A DNA stretch of 64,000 nucleotides from an uncultured euryarchaeote (GTDB lineage Archaea; Thermoplasmatota; Poseidoniia; Poseidoniales; Poseidoniaceae): positions 15,578 to 79,577 of the forward strand of contig CAXCCF010000002.1 of the NCBI GenBank assembly GCA_963981035.1. The letters are read 5' to 3'. This document shows positions 46,704 through 56,797 of this stretch, piece by piece. Numbering within the stretch: position 1 is the stretch's first letter; each line of letters begins with the position of its first letter. Below the pieces are notes generated by a model. It searched no databases and was not told the origin of the DNA. It saw only the letters and a program-made list of their open reading frames with translations. Made by a program: the position numbers and the translations under genes.

Positions 46704-47132
46704 ATGGACTACAATATGCGTATCACTGACCCCCAATGGCCGGCCGTACGTGAAGCATCAAGAAGAATATTAAGATTGCAACAGATTCGAATAATGTTGC
46801 CACATAAATTCCACTCGTTGACAAAAAAAATAATTATACAACTTGGCGAAAGTCAACCTTCTAGAACCACATTTCCAATATTAATGGAATCCAACAAAAT
46901 CAGTATTGAGATGGAAAATGATGAAGATGAATTATCTGGAACAATTGTACAGGTTTCCCATGATGAACCCACTTTGGAAACAGTTTGGATTCGAGGAGAT
47001 GATGAGTTATGGCTGGATGTCTTAGATGCTTGCACTGATTTATTGTCGGCAGGTTACCCCGGATGCATAGGATGTGGAGGCCCTAATTCTGAGAAGAAAT
47101 GGGATGAACAAGTGCATCGTAATAGTTTGTAA
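46704..47132 (+). CDS. Hypothetical protein (start uncertain; possibly 46884)
   Basis: ORF with an acidic middle and a Cys-containing C-terminus (GYPGCIGCGG). No motif recognised. Confidence 0.25.
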   Translation: MDYNMRITDPQWPAVREASRRILRLQQIRIMLPHKFHSLTKKIIIQLGESQPSRTTFPILMESNKISIEMENDEDELSGTIVQVSHDEPTLETVWIRGDDELWLDVLDACTDLLSAGYPGCIGCGGPNSEKKWDEQVHRNSL

Positions 47133-47186
47133 TAATATTATTCCGGCGAGTAAAAAAAATTGCAACAAATATAGTTTGATTTTGAC

Positions 47187-47204
47187 TAGATACTAAAGTA
47201 TCTA
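47187..47204. promoter_or_regulatory. Perfect 7-bp inverted repeat TAGATAC-taaa-GTATCTA upstream of topA
   Basis: Palindrome seen directly in the sequence, about 65 bp upstream of the topA ATG (47271). Confidence 0.3.
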
Positions 47205-47270
47205 TTTACAAACCCTTGCAAATCCATCTTAGAGAGGGTTCAAGTATTGTCGGCATTGGCCTTCAATTTC

Positions 47271-50036
47271 ATGGCAGTTCTCATCCTCGCTGAAAAACCA
47301 AGTGTCGCTGCTGATGTTGCAAAAGTGCTTGGAGCAAATAATAAACACGAGACTCACTGGCAAGGGAATGACTTAGTTGTCACATGGGCAATCGGTCATT
47401 TGTTGCAATTAAAGTACATGGATGATTATGATGCTGACTTCAAGGACTGGAGAAAAACTGTTGATAGATTACCTTTCATACCTGAAGAATTCAAGTACAA
47501 AGCAATCGGTGGAAGAGGTAAAAAACAGCTCTCTGCAATCGTAAAATTGATCAAAGATAAGAGCGTAACTGAAATTGTTAACGTTTGTGACGCTGCTAGA
47601 GAAGGTGAACTAATTTTCAGAACTATAGTAGCACATAGCAAGTCAAAAGTTCCTACAAGCAGAATGTGGTTACAATCGATGACGCATGACTCCATTCAAA
47701 ATGCATGGGATACAAGAAAACCAGGTGATGAATATAGCGCACTAAGAGATGCTGCATATTCCCGCAGTGAAGCCGATTGGATTATTGGTATGAACGGTTC
47801 AAGAATCGCAAACTCATTCCTTCCTAAGAAGCGAACCGAAAAAGGGGCGATTTCACTTGGTAGAGTTCAAACCGCAACATTGGCGATGATAGTGGACCAT
47901 GAGTTAGAGATTTTAGCACATCAAGCAATGCCATACTGGCAATTGGAGGCAAAGTTTAGTTCTGGAGATGCATCATGGAGTGCTAGATGGGAAAGAACTG
48001 GGCACAAAGATGATGAAGATAGACCAGAGTACAAATCACACCGAATAATAGAGGCTTCGGAAAAAGAAAAACTTGAAGCAATACTATCTTCAAATGCTAA
48101 AGCAGATGTAACTCAAAGCAACAGAGATTCAATTGAAAAACCTCCGCTAAATTTTGACTTAACCGCACTACAAAGAGAGGCAAATAATATCTGGTCATGG
48201 TCTGCTAAGAGAACATTAGGCGTGGCTCAAGATTTGTATGACACCTACAAATTGACAACATATCCACGTACCGATTCTCGACATTTACCAGAGGATATGT
48301 TTGAAGAAATTACCAAAACAATCCGTCAATTAGCGGCTCAGGATAACTATAATTCACACGCATTACAAATCGTTGATTCTAAGAATACAGGCGGTTCTGG
48401 AATGAATAATACAAAGCGTAATTTTAATGATGCGAAAGTCAGTGATCACTTTGCCGTTATTCCGACTGGAAAAATTCCTGATGGACTCAGCGGTGACCAT
48501 GCTAAATTGTATGATTTAATCGTACGAACATTCCTTGCATCATGGTATCCTGAGGCGACTTGGGATGTGCAAAAGAGAATCGCTACAATTGAAAAGGAAA
48601 ATTTCATCAAAGAATCTCGATGTATTAAAATTCCTGGATGGAGAAGTGTAAAGCCGAAAAAGCAATCACTGCCTGAAGGTTGGAATTCATTACCGTCAAA
48701 CCCTTGCAAAGCAGACGTTACTGAATCAGAATTTAAGGAAGAAAAATCTAAGCCAAAAAATCGACTGAAGGAAGCTGGATTATTGAGGCTAATGGAACAT
48801 GCTGGTAAACAAATCGATGATGATGAATTAGCAGCTGCTATCAAGGATAAGGGTCTAGGAACTCCTGCGACAAGAGCAGATACTATTGAAAAATTGATTA
48901 CTAGAGGGTACATTATTAGATCACGTAATGGTTCAATTAGTGCAGCAGCACATGGAATTAGAATTATTGATGTATTGAGAAGAATCCCAGTTGATTGGAT
49001 TACTTCAGCGGAATTAACTGGAGAAATGGAATCTTCACTACTAAATGTACAGCGTGGAGAAGAACCTCGTGAAAAATATATGCAGAGTATTATCGAAAAA
49101 ACAACTTCCATGGTAAATTTGATTCGAGACCACGATCGTGTTGAATTATACGCTAAAGAACCATCCTTAGGAAATTGCCCACAATGTGACAATGAAATAA
49201 AAGAGACTACACTCTCCTACCAATGTACCGAAAATCTCGGACGAGATAAGGGGTGTTCTTTCGTATTATGGAAGGATACTTCAGGCCGTTGGTTTGATAG
49301 AATTACAGCGTCAAGGTTAATTGAAAACAGAGCAATAAGCGACTTACACGGTTTCTTCAACCGTAGTGGAGAAGGTTATGAAGCAACAATTACACTTGAT
49401 GATGAAGGAAAGGTAATCTTGGCAGGAGGAGGAGAATCAACCAGCAAATCAAGTGATGAGGAATTATGCCCATGTCCTGCCTGCGATCATGGAGTAATTC
49501 GTATTGGAACTAATGTATACGCCTGCGATTATGATGATTGTAAGTTTAGAGGAGTTTCTAGGGAGATGTGTAAGAGAGCAATTACTCCAGAGGAAGCAAA
49601 AACAATTCTAAATGACGGAAAGTCGCCACTGTTGGAAGATTTCACTTCAAAACGAGGACGTCCATTCAGTGCATATCTAGTTAGAACTGGCAACAAGATT
49701 GGATTTGAATTTCCTCCTCGTGCTGCACCTGCAGATGCAACTAAGTTCCCTATTGTTGAAGGAGTGGTCGCAATTTGTCCAATTCATAAGGTAAATATTG
49801 TTGAAACTGAAACTACTTACCAACCACAAGAGGATGGCACAGAGTGCAAAATACAACTAATGAGGGAAATTTCAAAGAGAGAAATTACCCGTGAAGAAGC
49901 AAAACAATTGATCGAAAATAAATCACTCGGACCATTTGATGATTTCACCTCAAAGAAAACTCAGCGACCTTTCAGTTCATCACTTTACTTGAAAAAGAAT
50001 GAATCTGTTGGATACAAGTTCGCTAAGAAAAGCTAA
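47271..50036 (+). CDS. topA: DNA topoisomerase IA (bacterial TopA-like) with multiple C-terminal zinc ribbons
   Basis: Toprim N-terminus MAVLILAEKPSVAADVAKVLGA and type-IA core motifs. C-terminal CxxC...CxxC ribbons (CPQCDNE, CPCPACDHG). Confidence 0.85.
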   Translation: MAVLILAEKPSVAADVAKVLGANNKHETHWQGNDLVVTWAIGHLLQLKYMDDYDADFKDWRKTVDRLPFIPEEFKYKAIGGRGKKQLSAIVKLIKDKSVTEIVNVCDAAREGELIFRTIVAHSKSKVPTSRMWLQSMTHDSIQNAWDTRKPGDEYSALRDAAYSRSEADWIIGMNGSRIANSFLPKKRTEKGAISLGRVQTATLAMIVDHELEILAHQAMPYWQLEAKFSSGDASWSARWERTGHKDDEDRPEYKSHRIIEASEKEKLEAILSSNAKADVTQSNRDSIEKPPLNFDLTALQREANNIWSWSAKRTLGVAQDLYDTYKLTTYPRTDSRHLPEDMFEEITKTIRQLAAQDNYNSHALQIVDSKNTGGSGMNNTKRNFNDAKVSDHFAVIPTGKIPDGLSGDHAKLYDLIVRTFLASWYPEATWDVQKRIATIEKENFIKESRCIKIPGWRSVKPKKQSLPEGWNSLPSNPCKADVTESEFKEEKSKPKNRLKEAGLLRLMEHAGKQIDDDELAAAIKDKGLGTPATRADTIEKLITRGYIIRSRNGSISAAAHGIRIIDVLRRIPVDWITSAELTGEMESSLLNVQRGEEPREKYMQSIIEKTTSMVNLIRDHDRVELYAKEPSLGNCPQCDNEIKETTLSYQCTENLGRDKGCSFVLWKDTSGRWFDRITASRLIENRAISDLHGFFNRSGEGYEATITLDDEGKVILAGGGESTSKSSDEELCPCPACDHGVIRIGTNVYACDYDDCKFRGVSREMCKRAITPEEAKTILNDGKSPLLEDFTSKRGRPFSAYLVRTGNKIGFEFPPRAAPADATKFPIVEGVVAICPIHKVNIVETETTYQPQEDGTECKIQLMREISKREITREEAKQLIENKSLGPFDDFTSKKTQRPFSSSLYLKKNESVGYKFAKKS

Positions 50037-50108
50037 TACTTGATATTCATCTATTATTCTCACATTTTATGAGAAGGTTGATTGCTCATCGGTTGCGGTT
50101 GCTGAATA

Positions 50109-51323
50109 ATGACACAGCAGATATGGGATGTAGTCATCGTTGGCGCTGGCCCAATAGGTGGTCGTTGTGCAACATTATTGTCTGAAAGAGGCCATTCTGT
50201 ATTGCTATTAGAAGAACACAGTGAAGTGGGCCGGCCATTCCAATGTGCTGGATTAGTAAATCCACGGGCAATGGAATCAGTTTCTCTAGAAGAAACAATT
50301 CTTCAAGAAATTGATGGCGCACTAATTCATGGTCCAAGTGGGACAATGGTACCAGTTGGTGAGGAAAATAATCCTCGCACATTTGTTGTTTGTCGCAAGA
50401 GATTTGATCAAGGTGTTGTACAGCAATCATTGCAAGCAGGGGCAACATTATGGCTCAATTCAAAACCAATTAATGCCTCTACTGATGACTCAGGAGTTCA
50501 ATTGACAGTCGACAATGATGGTGATATTTCCGAGATAAACTGTAAGTTATTACTCGGTTGCGATGGTGCCCACTCCTGGACGAGAAGATATTTCAAAATG
50601 GGTAAACCGAAGGAATTGATGATAGGTTTTCAAGCCGAAGTGGTTGGATATCAAAGCGATAATAGATGGCTGGAAATGTATAGTGGCTCAAAAGTCGCTC
50701 CCGGATTTTTTGCTTGGGTGATTCCATCTGGATTTGATACACATCGTATTGGAATATGGTCAACTGCAGGTCACCTTGATGGACGTTCAGTAGAACAATG
50801 CTATCATGATTTAATCAATCACCCCCTCTGGGTTGAAAGGTTTAGTGGTGTTAAGGAGACTGCTAGATATTGTGGCCCTATTCCATGTGGAATGGTAAAG
50901 AGCCCAGTGAAAAATAGAGTAATGCTAATCGGTGATGCTGCTGGCATGTCAAAACCAACAACTGGTGGTGGGATAGGACCTGGTTTCAAGCAAATTGAAC
51001 TGGTAATTGATGCACTTTCAACAGCAATTGATGAAAATAGATTATCAAAAAATCATTTACATAAAATCACATCAAAACACTGGTCTGATATGAAAAGAAG
51101 CCAAGATAAAGCTAGAGCGCTAAGAGATTTACTGGTAAGTAACTGCACCGATGATGAATTGGATAAGCACTTTGAAAATTTTTCAAAACCAGAGGTATTG
51201 GAATTGATAAATTCTATAGGCGATATCGAAAAACCAGTACCATTGGGAATGGCACTGTTGAAAAAGGTACCCGCCTTCCGCAAACTTGCACTAAAGGCTG
51301 GCGTTAAGCTATTATTCACATGA
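50109..51323 (+). CDS. Geranylgeranyl reductase family FAD-dependent oxidoreductase
   Basis: VVIVGAGPIGGRCATLLSERGHSVLLLEE (Rossmann FAD), LLLGCDGAHS. Confidence 0.8.
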   Translation: MTQQIWDVVIVGAGPIGGRCATLLSERGHSVLLLEEHSEVGRPFQCAGLVNPRAMESVSLEETILQEIDGALIHGPSGTMVPVGEENNPRTFVVCRKRFDQGVVQQSLQAGATLWLNSKPINASTDDSGVQLTVDNDGDISEINCKLLLGCDGAHSWTRRYFKMGKPKELMIGFQAEVVGYQSDNRWLEMYSGSKVAPGFFAWVIPSGFDTHRIGIWSTAGHLDGRSVEQCYHDLINHPLWVERFSGVKETARYCGPIPCGMVKSPVKNRVMLIGDAAGMSKPTTGGGIGPGFKQIELVIDALSTAIDENRLSKNHLHKITSKHWSDMKRSQDKARALRDLLVSNCTDDELDKHFENFSKPEVLELINSIGDIEKPVPLGMALLKKVPAFRKLALKAGVKLLFT

Positions 51324-51332
51324 GGGGATTGA

Positions 51333-52475
51333 ATGGGAACTTTAGAAGTACAACATTTGGTCAAATACCCTCCATTTGATGCACACCGTCTGGTAGCATC
51401 CGAATTACCGATTTCAAGAAATAGTGAAATTATTTCTGAGGATATTGACGAAGAAAAAGCTCTGGAAATGGTTGCAAAATTAATTCCAAGTTTTAAAATC
51501 GGTGAGAAAACTGATTGGTTGGTGGAAAGAAGGTACTTATTTGATGGAACTACTATCAAAAATGAAACCTATGAATATGGGGTCTGTGATGAATCGGAAT
51601 GGCCACTTGTCGTTGAAAAACAACGAACTGGATGGTATTTGACTCCGCACCCAATCCATGCAACTGCTAGAAAATTCATTAATGGAGTCGTATATATCCT
51701 ACTTCTTTCATTACTCTACTTATTCATTGAACCGATACTTTCCTTTGTCGGAATTCCTGGAATTGGAACAGGAACTGTACGTGTTGGATTACTAGATTAT
51801 CCACTGTTAGCATTAATTGTTGGTCCATTATTCTTCATACCTCTTTTGTTAAGAGTCACAGCAAACTTTAGTGATTTACGAAGACAAAAATTATTTTTGC
51901 GAAATCCACCAACAAACCCTGATATTGAAATAATTGGGGAGGCTGTAGCCGATCAAGATTTGAAGTTGAAAGTTAACTTTAAGGAAAACAAAGACAATTG
52001 GAATAAGATTTCAGTTTATTGGAGAGTGGGTTCCTTGCCACCAGCAAGAGATGCCGTATTTGCTGCATTAAATCGCACCATTAACGGACAACCACCACCA
52101 GGCTTGACTACAAAATTACCTCATCATTGGGAAGTTGGTCTTGATGACGGGACTGGTGCAGGGGAAGATGCCCCAATGCAGAGGCAAGAGGTTGCTGGCG
52201 GCTTATTTATCAGGCCGATGCGAGTGATGCAATCTGGTGGTAAAGTCGAATATAGTGAAGATGAAATGACCCTAAAAAACCCTACAAATGAATGGCCTGG
52301 TACAACGATTAGCCCACTTGTAAAAATTCATTGGGAAATAATTATCCACATTGAGAGAGAAAATGAAGGTCCTCTATTATGGGTCGAACCCCTAAGAGTA
52401 AAACATTCATCAACTCATGTAGAACAAAAAACTTTGATGGTAAACGACGGAAGAACTGAATCTGAAATAAATTAA
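51333..52475 (+). CDS. Hypothetical membrane protein (central TM hairpin)
   Basis: 380-aa ORF 10 bp downstream of the GGR-family gene. Hydrophobic segments at about aa 115-170. Confidence 0.5.
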   Translation: MGTLEVQHLVKYPPFDAHRLVASELPISRNSEIISEDIDEEKALEMVAKLIPSFKIGEKTDWLVERRYLFDGTTIKNETYEYGVCDESEWPLVVEKQRTGWYLTPHPIHATARKFINGVVYILLLSLLYLFIEPILSFVGIPGIGTGTVRVGLLDYPLLALIVGPLFFIPLLLRVTANFSDLRRQKLFLRNPPTNPDIEIIGEAVADQDLKLKVNFKENKDNWNKISVYWRVGSLPPARDAVFAALNRTINGQPPPGLTTKLPHHWEVGLDDGTGAGEDAPMQRQEVAGGLFIRPMRVMQSGGKVEYSEDEMTLKNPTNEWPGTTISPLVKIHWEIIIHIERENEGPLLWVEPLRVKHSSTHVEQKTLMVNDGRTESEIN

Positions 52476-52519
52476 TTTTATGCAACACATTCAAGGGTTG
52501 CCCCAACCCATGCAAAATT

Positions 52520-55500
52520 ATGGGCAATCAGCGTACTTCTGCTGTAATATTGATTTTCGTGATGTTGAGCGCTGGTTGTTTCGGTGCTGCTGATGAAGTT
52601 GTCAAAGAAGAGATTACTCCTGTTGCGAAGGAATTCGAACTAAATGCTCAATTCATTGAACTGCCAAACAATGCGACATTGGGTGAAATAGTAAGTCTTC
52701 AAATCACAGTTCAAAGTCAAGGTGATGCAAAAACAGCATGGCAGGCTTCTGTATCAATTTATCCCAATACTGAATTTGCGATTACAGTATCGAAGGACCT
52801 TGTGAACATTGTTTTCATGCCTAGTGAAGTTGTAAACTACAATGTTGCTGTGACATTTGAGGCTGCTGATACCGATGCTACGATTATTGATGGTCCTATT
52901 ATTATTGATAAAATAATACAAGTGAGCCCGCCTGTAGAAGGGGCACCAATATTGAATTCTCCTTCCCTAATATTGCTAGAGGATTCAGGATTAACATGGG
53001 TCTCAGGAACAATCTCTCATGACAACTTGGACAGTTGTTCATTAGATTACACCAGTGAAGAAGAACAAGGGCAAGTAGATGTGAAATCAGATGGTTCTTG
53101 GAAATTACTTACTGAACTATACGAAGGAGTAACTGATATTACAATCACTTTTGTTGCAACATGTGGACAATGGTCAATACTAACAGACACTTCAACTACC
53201 ACCATTATCGTTGAAAATGCGGGTATTGATGCAGATGGTGATGGAATAAGCGACGATAATGATAATTGCCCTAATGGAATTGGTGAAGCGGAAGGATGGA
53301 TTTCTTCGACTGCAGATGATATGGATTCAGATGGATGTAGGGATAGAGATGAAGACGATGATGATGATGGCGATGGCATACTAGATGTCAATGATAACTG
53401 CCCTGATTCTGTAGGCTGGAAGAGTACCGTAGATGCAGATTATGATCAAGATGGTTGTCATGATGAATCACATGATGATGATGATGATGGTGATGGAGTT
53501 GACGATTTGGTCGATTCTTGCCCAATGGGACTAACAGGTTGGATTTCTAATCTATACAGTGATTGGGATGGTGATGGTTGCTCGGATTTAGATGAAGATG
53601 ATGATGATGATAATGATCAAAGAAATGATTCAGTTGATTCATGTCCAAAGGGTTTGACATCTTGGATTGGTGATGAATTCAATGATTTTGATGATGACGG
53701 GTGCTTCGATACATCTGAAGATGATGACGATGACAATGACGGTGTAAATGATTACAATTCAACAGGTGCTACATTAGACCAATGTCCACGAACTCCGAAA
53801 TCAGGTATTGATGTAGATGAGAATGGCTGTGCTTCTATTGAACGTGATAGTGATTCCGATGGTGTTCTTGATTTCTATGATATGTGTGAGGGGACTCCAG
53901 CAAATATTGTGGTTAATGGAGTCGGATGTGCAGATATCGATAATGACGGTGTTTTCTCAAATGTAGATATCTGCCCTAATACTCCTCAGCGTTGGACTGC
54001 AAATAGTTCTGGTTGCGCTGTTCTTCAACAACCGATCGCTTGGACTTCGACAACATCATTAAGCGGACCAATGCAGGCAGTACCCCATTTCAGCATGCCA
54101 ACTCTTGATGGAACATTCTATTTTGAGCAACAATGGACTGGAGAAGATGTATACTTATTTATGTTCAAATATACAAATGGCGATGGTAGTTCAAATTCAG
54201 CCACATGGGCCCAAAGCCCTGGAAAGTTAATTCGCGCTCTTCCAGATAATACTCACTTGTTTTATGGATCATTTGACTCAACATTCCACAATGATGTCAC
54301 TCAAAGAAAATCTGCTGTTCTCGCTGCATTAAATCCTTCAGAGGAAACAAAATGGGAAGATAGAATCCACTATATTGACCAACGTGCAAGTAGTATTGGC
54401 GGTGGACTAGGACAAATGATTGGTTCATTCAACAATCCATTATACATGGGAATTGACCGATTCCAACTTTCTCGTGAAGTGGGGTCGTTCTATGACTGGC
54501 CAACCCAATCAAATGACCCAAGCCATGTAGCATTTGAACCAGTTCAGTGGAATGTTGAATTTCCAACTAAGGTTAGGGAATTAGACCCAAGTGTTGAAGT
54601 TATTACAATAATGGATTTCCAAAATCACGCAGGAGGATGGAGTGGAGGATTCAGTAGCTTCTCAAACGCAACATTTGACTTAACAAACAATATCAGTTAT
54701 TACGACACATTGGAAGTATTCCATGAACACGCTTGCCCTGATAGAGAAAATAGACACAGTAATTCCGATGGAAGTTATGGTGGATGTCATGAATGGGATT
54801 ATCTGGCAAATCTATACATCTGTAATGCTCAAAATAATTCACAATGTAGTACTGAAATAATGCGATGGATTACAACATATGGGAGAGAAGGGATGTGGTT
54901 AACAGATATTTCTCCATATTTGTTTATGATAGATGATGGCGAGGATAGAAGATTCAAGTATGGCGGTGCGAATAAAGGTGATTTGACTGTGAAATTCCTC
55001 TTTAGCAATTGGGGTAGTGGTGAACGCTCATATGAAGCTGATTACGCATTCTCGGGAGGTCAATTCGATGGGACATACAACAATGAATCCAAGTATAATA
55101 GACAAATGAATTTCACTGTCCCGTCATGGGCCACAAAGGTATCTTTGGTCGCTACAATTACAGGACATGGTTTCAACAAGGATGCTGCTAATTGTGCTGA
55201 ATTTTGCGATCATGAACATCACTATTACATGAATGGAAGTCATACCTATGAATGGCATCCAGTTGTTCATAATCAGGCCAATGGGTGTAAGGTTGAGATT
55301 GCAAATGGTGTTGTGGCAAATCAATATGGTTCTTGGCCATATGGTAGAGCAGGATGGTGTGCAGGACAGGATGTAAAACAATGGACATACGATATTACAT
55401 CATGGAGCGATATGGATGGTGGGAATAATCACTTAACTTACAAGGGATTGTATAACGGGCAAGAATATACTCCAAGTGAGAATATTGGAAATGGACAGCG

Positions 55501-55552
55501 GCAAATAAGGGCCGTCGTCTATGTAGTGTATACTGGACCAACTAGTGTTTGA
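52520..55552 (+). CDS. Secreted multidomain protein: signal/lipobox-like N-terminus, Ig-like region, about 8 thrombospondin type-3 Ca-binding repeats, C-terminal PNGase F-like domain
   Basis: TSP3 repeats D-x-D-x-DG-x-x-D-x-x-DNCP (DADGDGISDDNDNCPN, DDDGDGILDVNDNCPD, ...). C-terminal motifs recalling Elizabethkingia PNGase F: CHEWDYLANLYI (cf. CDEWDRYANVYV), TITGHGFNKDAANCAEFCDHEHH (cf. TISGWGHAK..GCAEWCFRTH), YGRAGWCAGQDV (cf. DRAGWCPGMAV). Confidence 0.7.
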   Translation: MGNQRTSAVILIFVMLSAGCFGAADEVVKEEITPVAKEFELNAQFIELPNNATLGEIVSLQITVQSQGDAKTAWQASVSIYPNTEFAITVSKDLVNIVFMPSEVVNYNVAVTFEAADTDATIIDGPIIIDKIIQVSPPVEGAPILNSPSLILLEDSGLTWVSGTISHDNLDSCSLDYTSEEEQGQVDVKSDGSWKLLTELYEGVTDITITFVATCGQWSILTDTSTTTIIVENAGIDADGDGISDDNDNCPNGIGEAEGWISSTADDMDSDGCRDRDEDDDDDGDGILDVNDNCPDSVGWKSTVDADYDQDGCHDESHDDDDDGDGVDDLVDSCPMGLTGWISNLYSDWDGDGCSDLDEDDDDDNDQRNDSVDSCPKGLTSWIGDEFNDFDDDGCFDTSEDDDDDNDGVNDYNSTGATLDQCPRTPKSGIDVDENGCASIERDSDSDGVLDFYDMCEGTPANIVVNGVGCADIDNDGVFSNVDICPNTPQRWTANSSGCAVLQQPIAWTSTTSLSGPMQAVPHFSMPTLDGTFYFEQQWTGEDVYLFMFKYTNGDGSSNSATWAQSPGKLIRALPDNTHLFYGSFDSTFHNDVTQRKSAVLAALNPSEETKWEDRIHYIDQRASSIGGGLGQMIGSFNNPLYMGIDRFQLSREVGSFYDWPTQSNDPSHVAFEPVQWNVEFPTKVRELDPSVEVITIMDFQNHAGGWSGGFSSFSNATFDLTNNISYYDTLEVFHEHACPDRENRHSNSDGSYGGCHEWDYLANLYICNAQNNSQCSTEIMRWITTYGREGMWLTDISPYLFMIDDGEDRRFKYGGANKGDLTVKFLFSNWGSGERSYEADYAFSGGQFDGTYNNESKYNRQMNFTVPSWATKVSLVATITGHGFNKDAANCAEFCDHEHHYYMNGSHTYEWHPVVHNQANGCKVEIANGVVANQYGSWPYGRAGWCAGQDVKQWTYDITSWSDMDGGNNHLTYKGLYNGQEYTPSENIGNGQRQIRAVVYVVYTGPTSV

Positions 55553-56797
55553 TCACTGAATAGGCGTTGGGGCCTTCATCGAGGAAACCTCTGCTGCAAC
55601 TATCTCAGTTGGAAGAATATTGTAGTCTGAATCTCTTCTTTTGGGTCTAAATCCAGCCCTTAATATTACATCTTGTAATTCTTCTTCACTCGCGCTCAGT
55701 TTTGTCGTACCGGATGCAGAGACAACATTCTCTTCCATCATTGTAGAACCGATGTCATTTGCACCACCTAGCAGTGCCATTTGAGCAACTGAAATACCCA
55801 TCGTTGGCCAAGATGATTGAATATTTTCAATATTGTCAAAAAATAACCTTGAAACTGCAACATGGCGAAGATATTCACTTGAACCAGCACCCAATTCAAA
55901 TTTATTTTGACCTCTATTTCTTCGACCAAAACTGTTGACTTCTAATTGAACCGGCCATGCAATGAAGGATGTAAACCCAATGCTATATTTTTCCAATGAA
56001 TGGTCTTGGAGTTGGCGTAATTTCCTCATATGCTCTACTCTTTCAGCCGCTCCTTCACCAAAACCGAATACATTTGTAGCGCTAGTTGTAAGTCCGAGTG
56101 ATTGTGCTTCTTGCATTACTTTTAGCCAATTCTCAGGAAGTCCCTTTTTGGGTGAAACATCTTTTCTCACCGATTCTACGAGCATTTCAGCACCTCCACC
56201 AGGTAGACCATGCATACCGGCTGATTGGAAATTTTGTAAGACCTCAAGCGTAGATAAGCCACTAACTTCTGCAATGCCCTCAATTTCAATAGGCGAAAAG
56301 CAATCGAGAGCGATTGTAGGATGGTGTTTTACTAAATCCGAGATTAGTTCTTGATACCAACTGATTGGCAACTCTGGGTTTACCCCACCCTGCATCAATA
56401 TTCTGCTGCCACCAATCTGTTCCAATTCCAACACTCTTGCACTAATTTCCTCAAATGTTTGTGTATAAGTTTCGGGATGGTTTGGTGGGCGGTAAAATGA
56501 ACAAAACTGGCAATTAATTGTACAGATATTTGTATAATTGATATTTCTATCTATGAGATAAGTTACTGTTCCTTCCGGATGCATTGATTTTCTTCTCTCC
56601 ATTGCAGCTGCCATTATTTGGTGCAAAGGGGCATTGTCATACAATTCAATTGCCTGTTGAGGTGTCAACCTATTTTCCGCTTTGTTATTAGATGACCAAG
56701 CGGCCTGTTGCTGTAAAATTTGAACCCAATCCAAAGGACCACCTACTGGAAATCTTTTCCGATGATTGCTTCCAAATCTGAAATAGTCTTTGGACAA
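55553..56797 (-). CDS. Radical SAM enzyme of the MqnC/MqnE/CofH family (futalosine-pathway-like)
   Basis: NYTNICTINCQFCSF cluster and GG-AEMLVESVRKDVSPKKG. The 5' end overlaps the pepP 3' end by ~55 nt, so the true start is probably downstream of 56797. Confidence 0.7.
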   Translation of the reverse strand: MSKDYFRFGSNHRKRFPVGGPLDWVQILQQQAAWSSNNKAENRLTPQQAIELYDNAPLHQIMAAAMERRKSMHPEGTVTYLIDRNINYTNICTINCQFCSFYRPPNHPETYTQTFEEISARVLELEQIGGSRILMQGGVNPELPISWYQELISDLVKHHPTIALDCFSPIEIEGIAEVSGLSTLEVLQNFQSAGMHGLPGGGAEMLVESVRKDVSPKKGLPENWLKVMQEAQSLGLTTSATNVFGFGEGAAERVEHMRKLRQLQDHSLEKYSIGFTSFIAWPVQLEVNSFGRRNRGQNKFELGAGSSEYLRHVAVSRLFFDNIENIQSSWPTMGISVAQMALLGGANDIGSTMMEENVVSASGTTKLSASEEELQDVILRAGFRPKRRDSDYNILPTEIVAAEVSSMKAPTPIQ

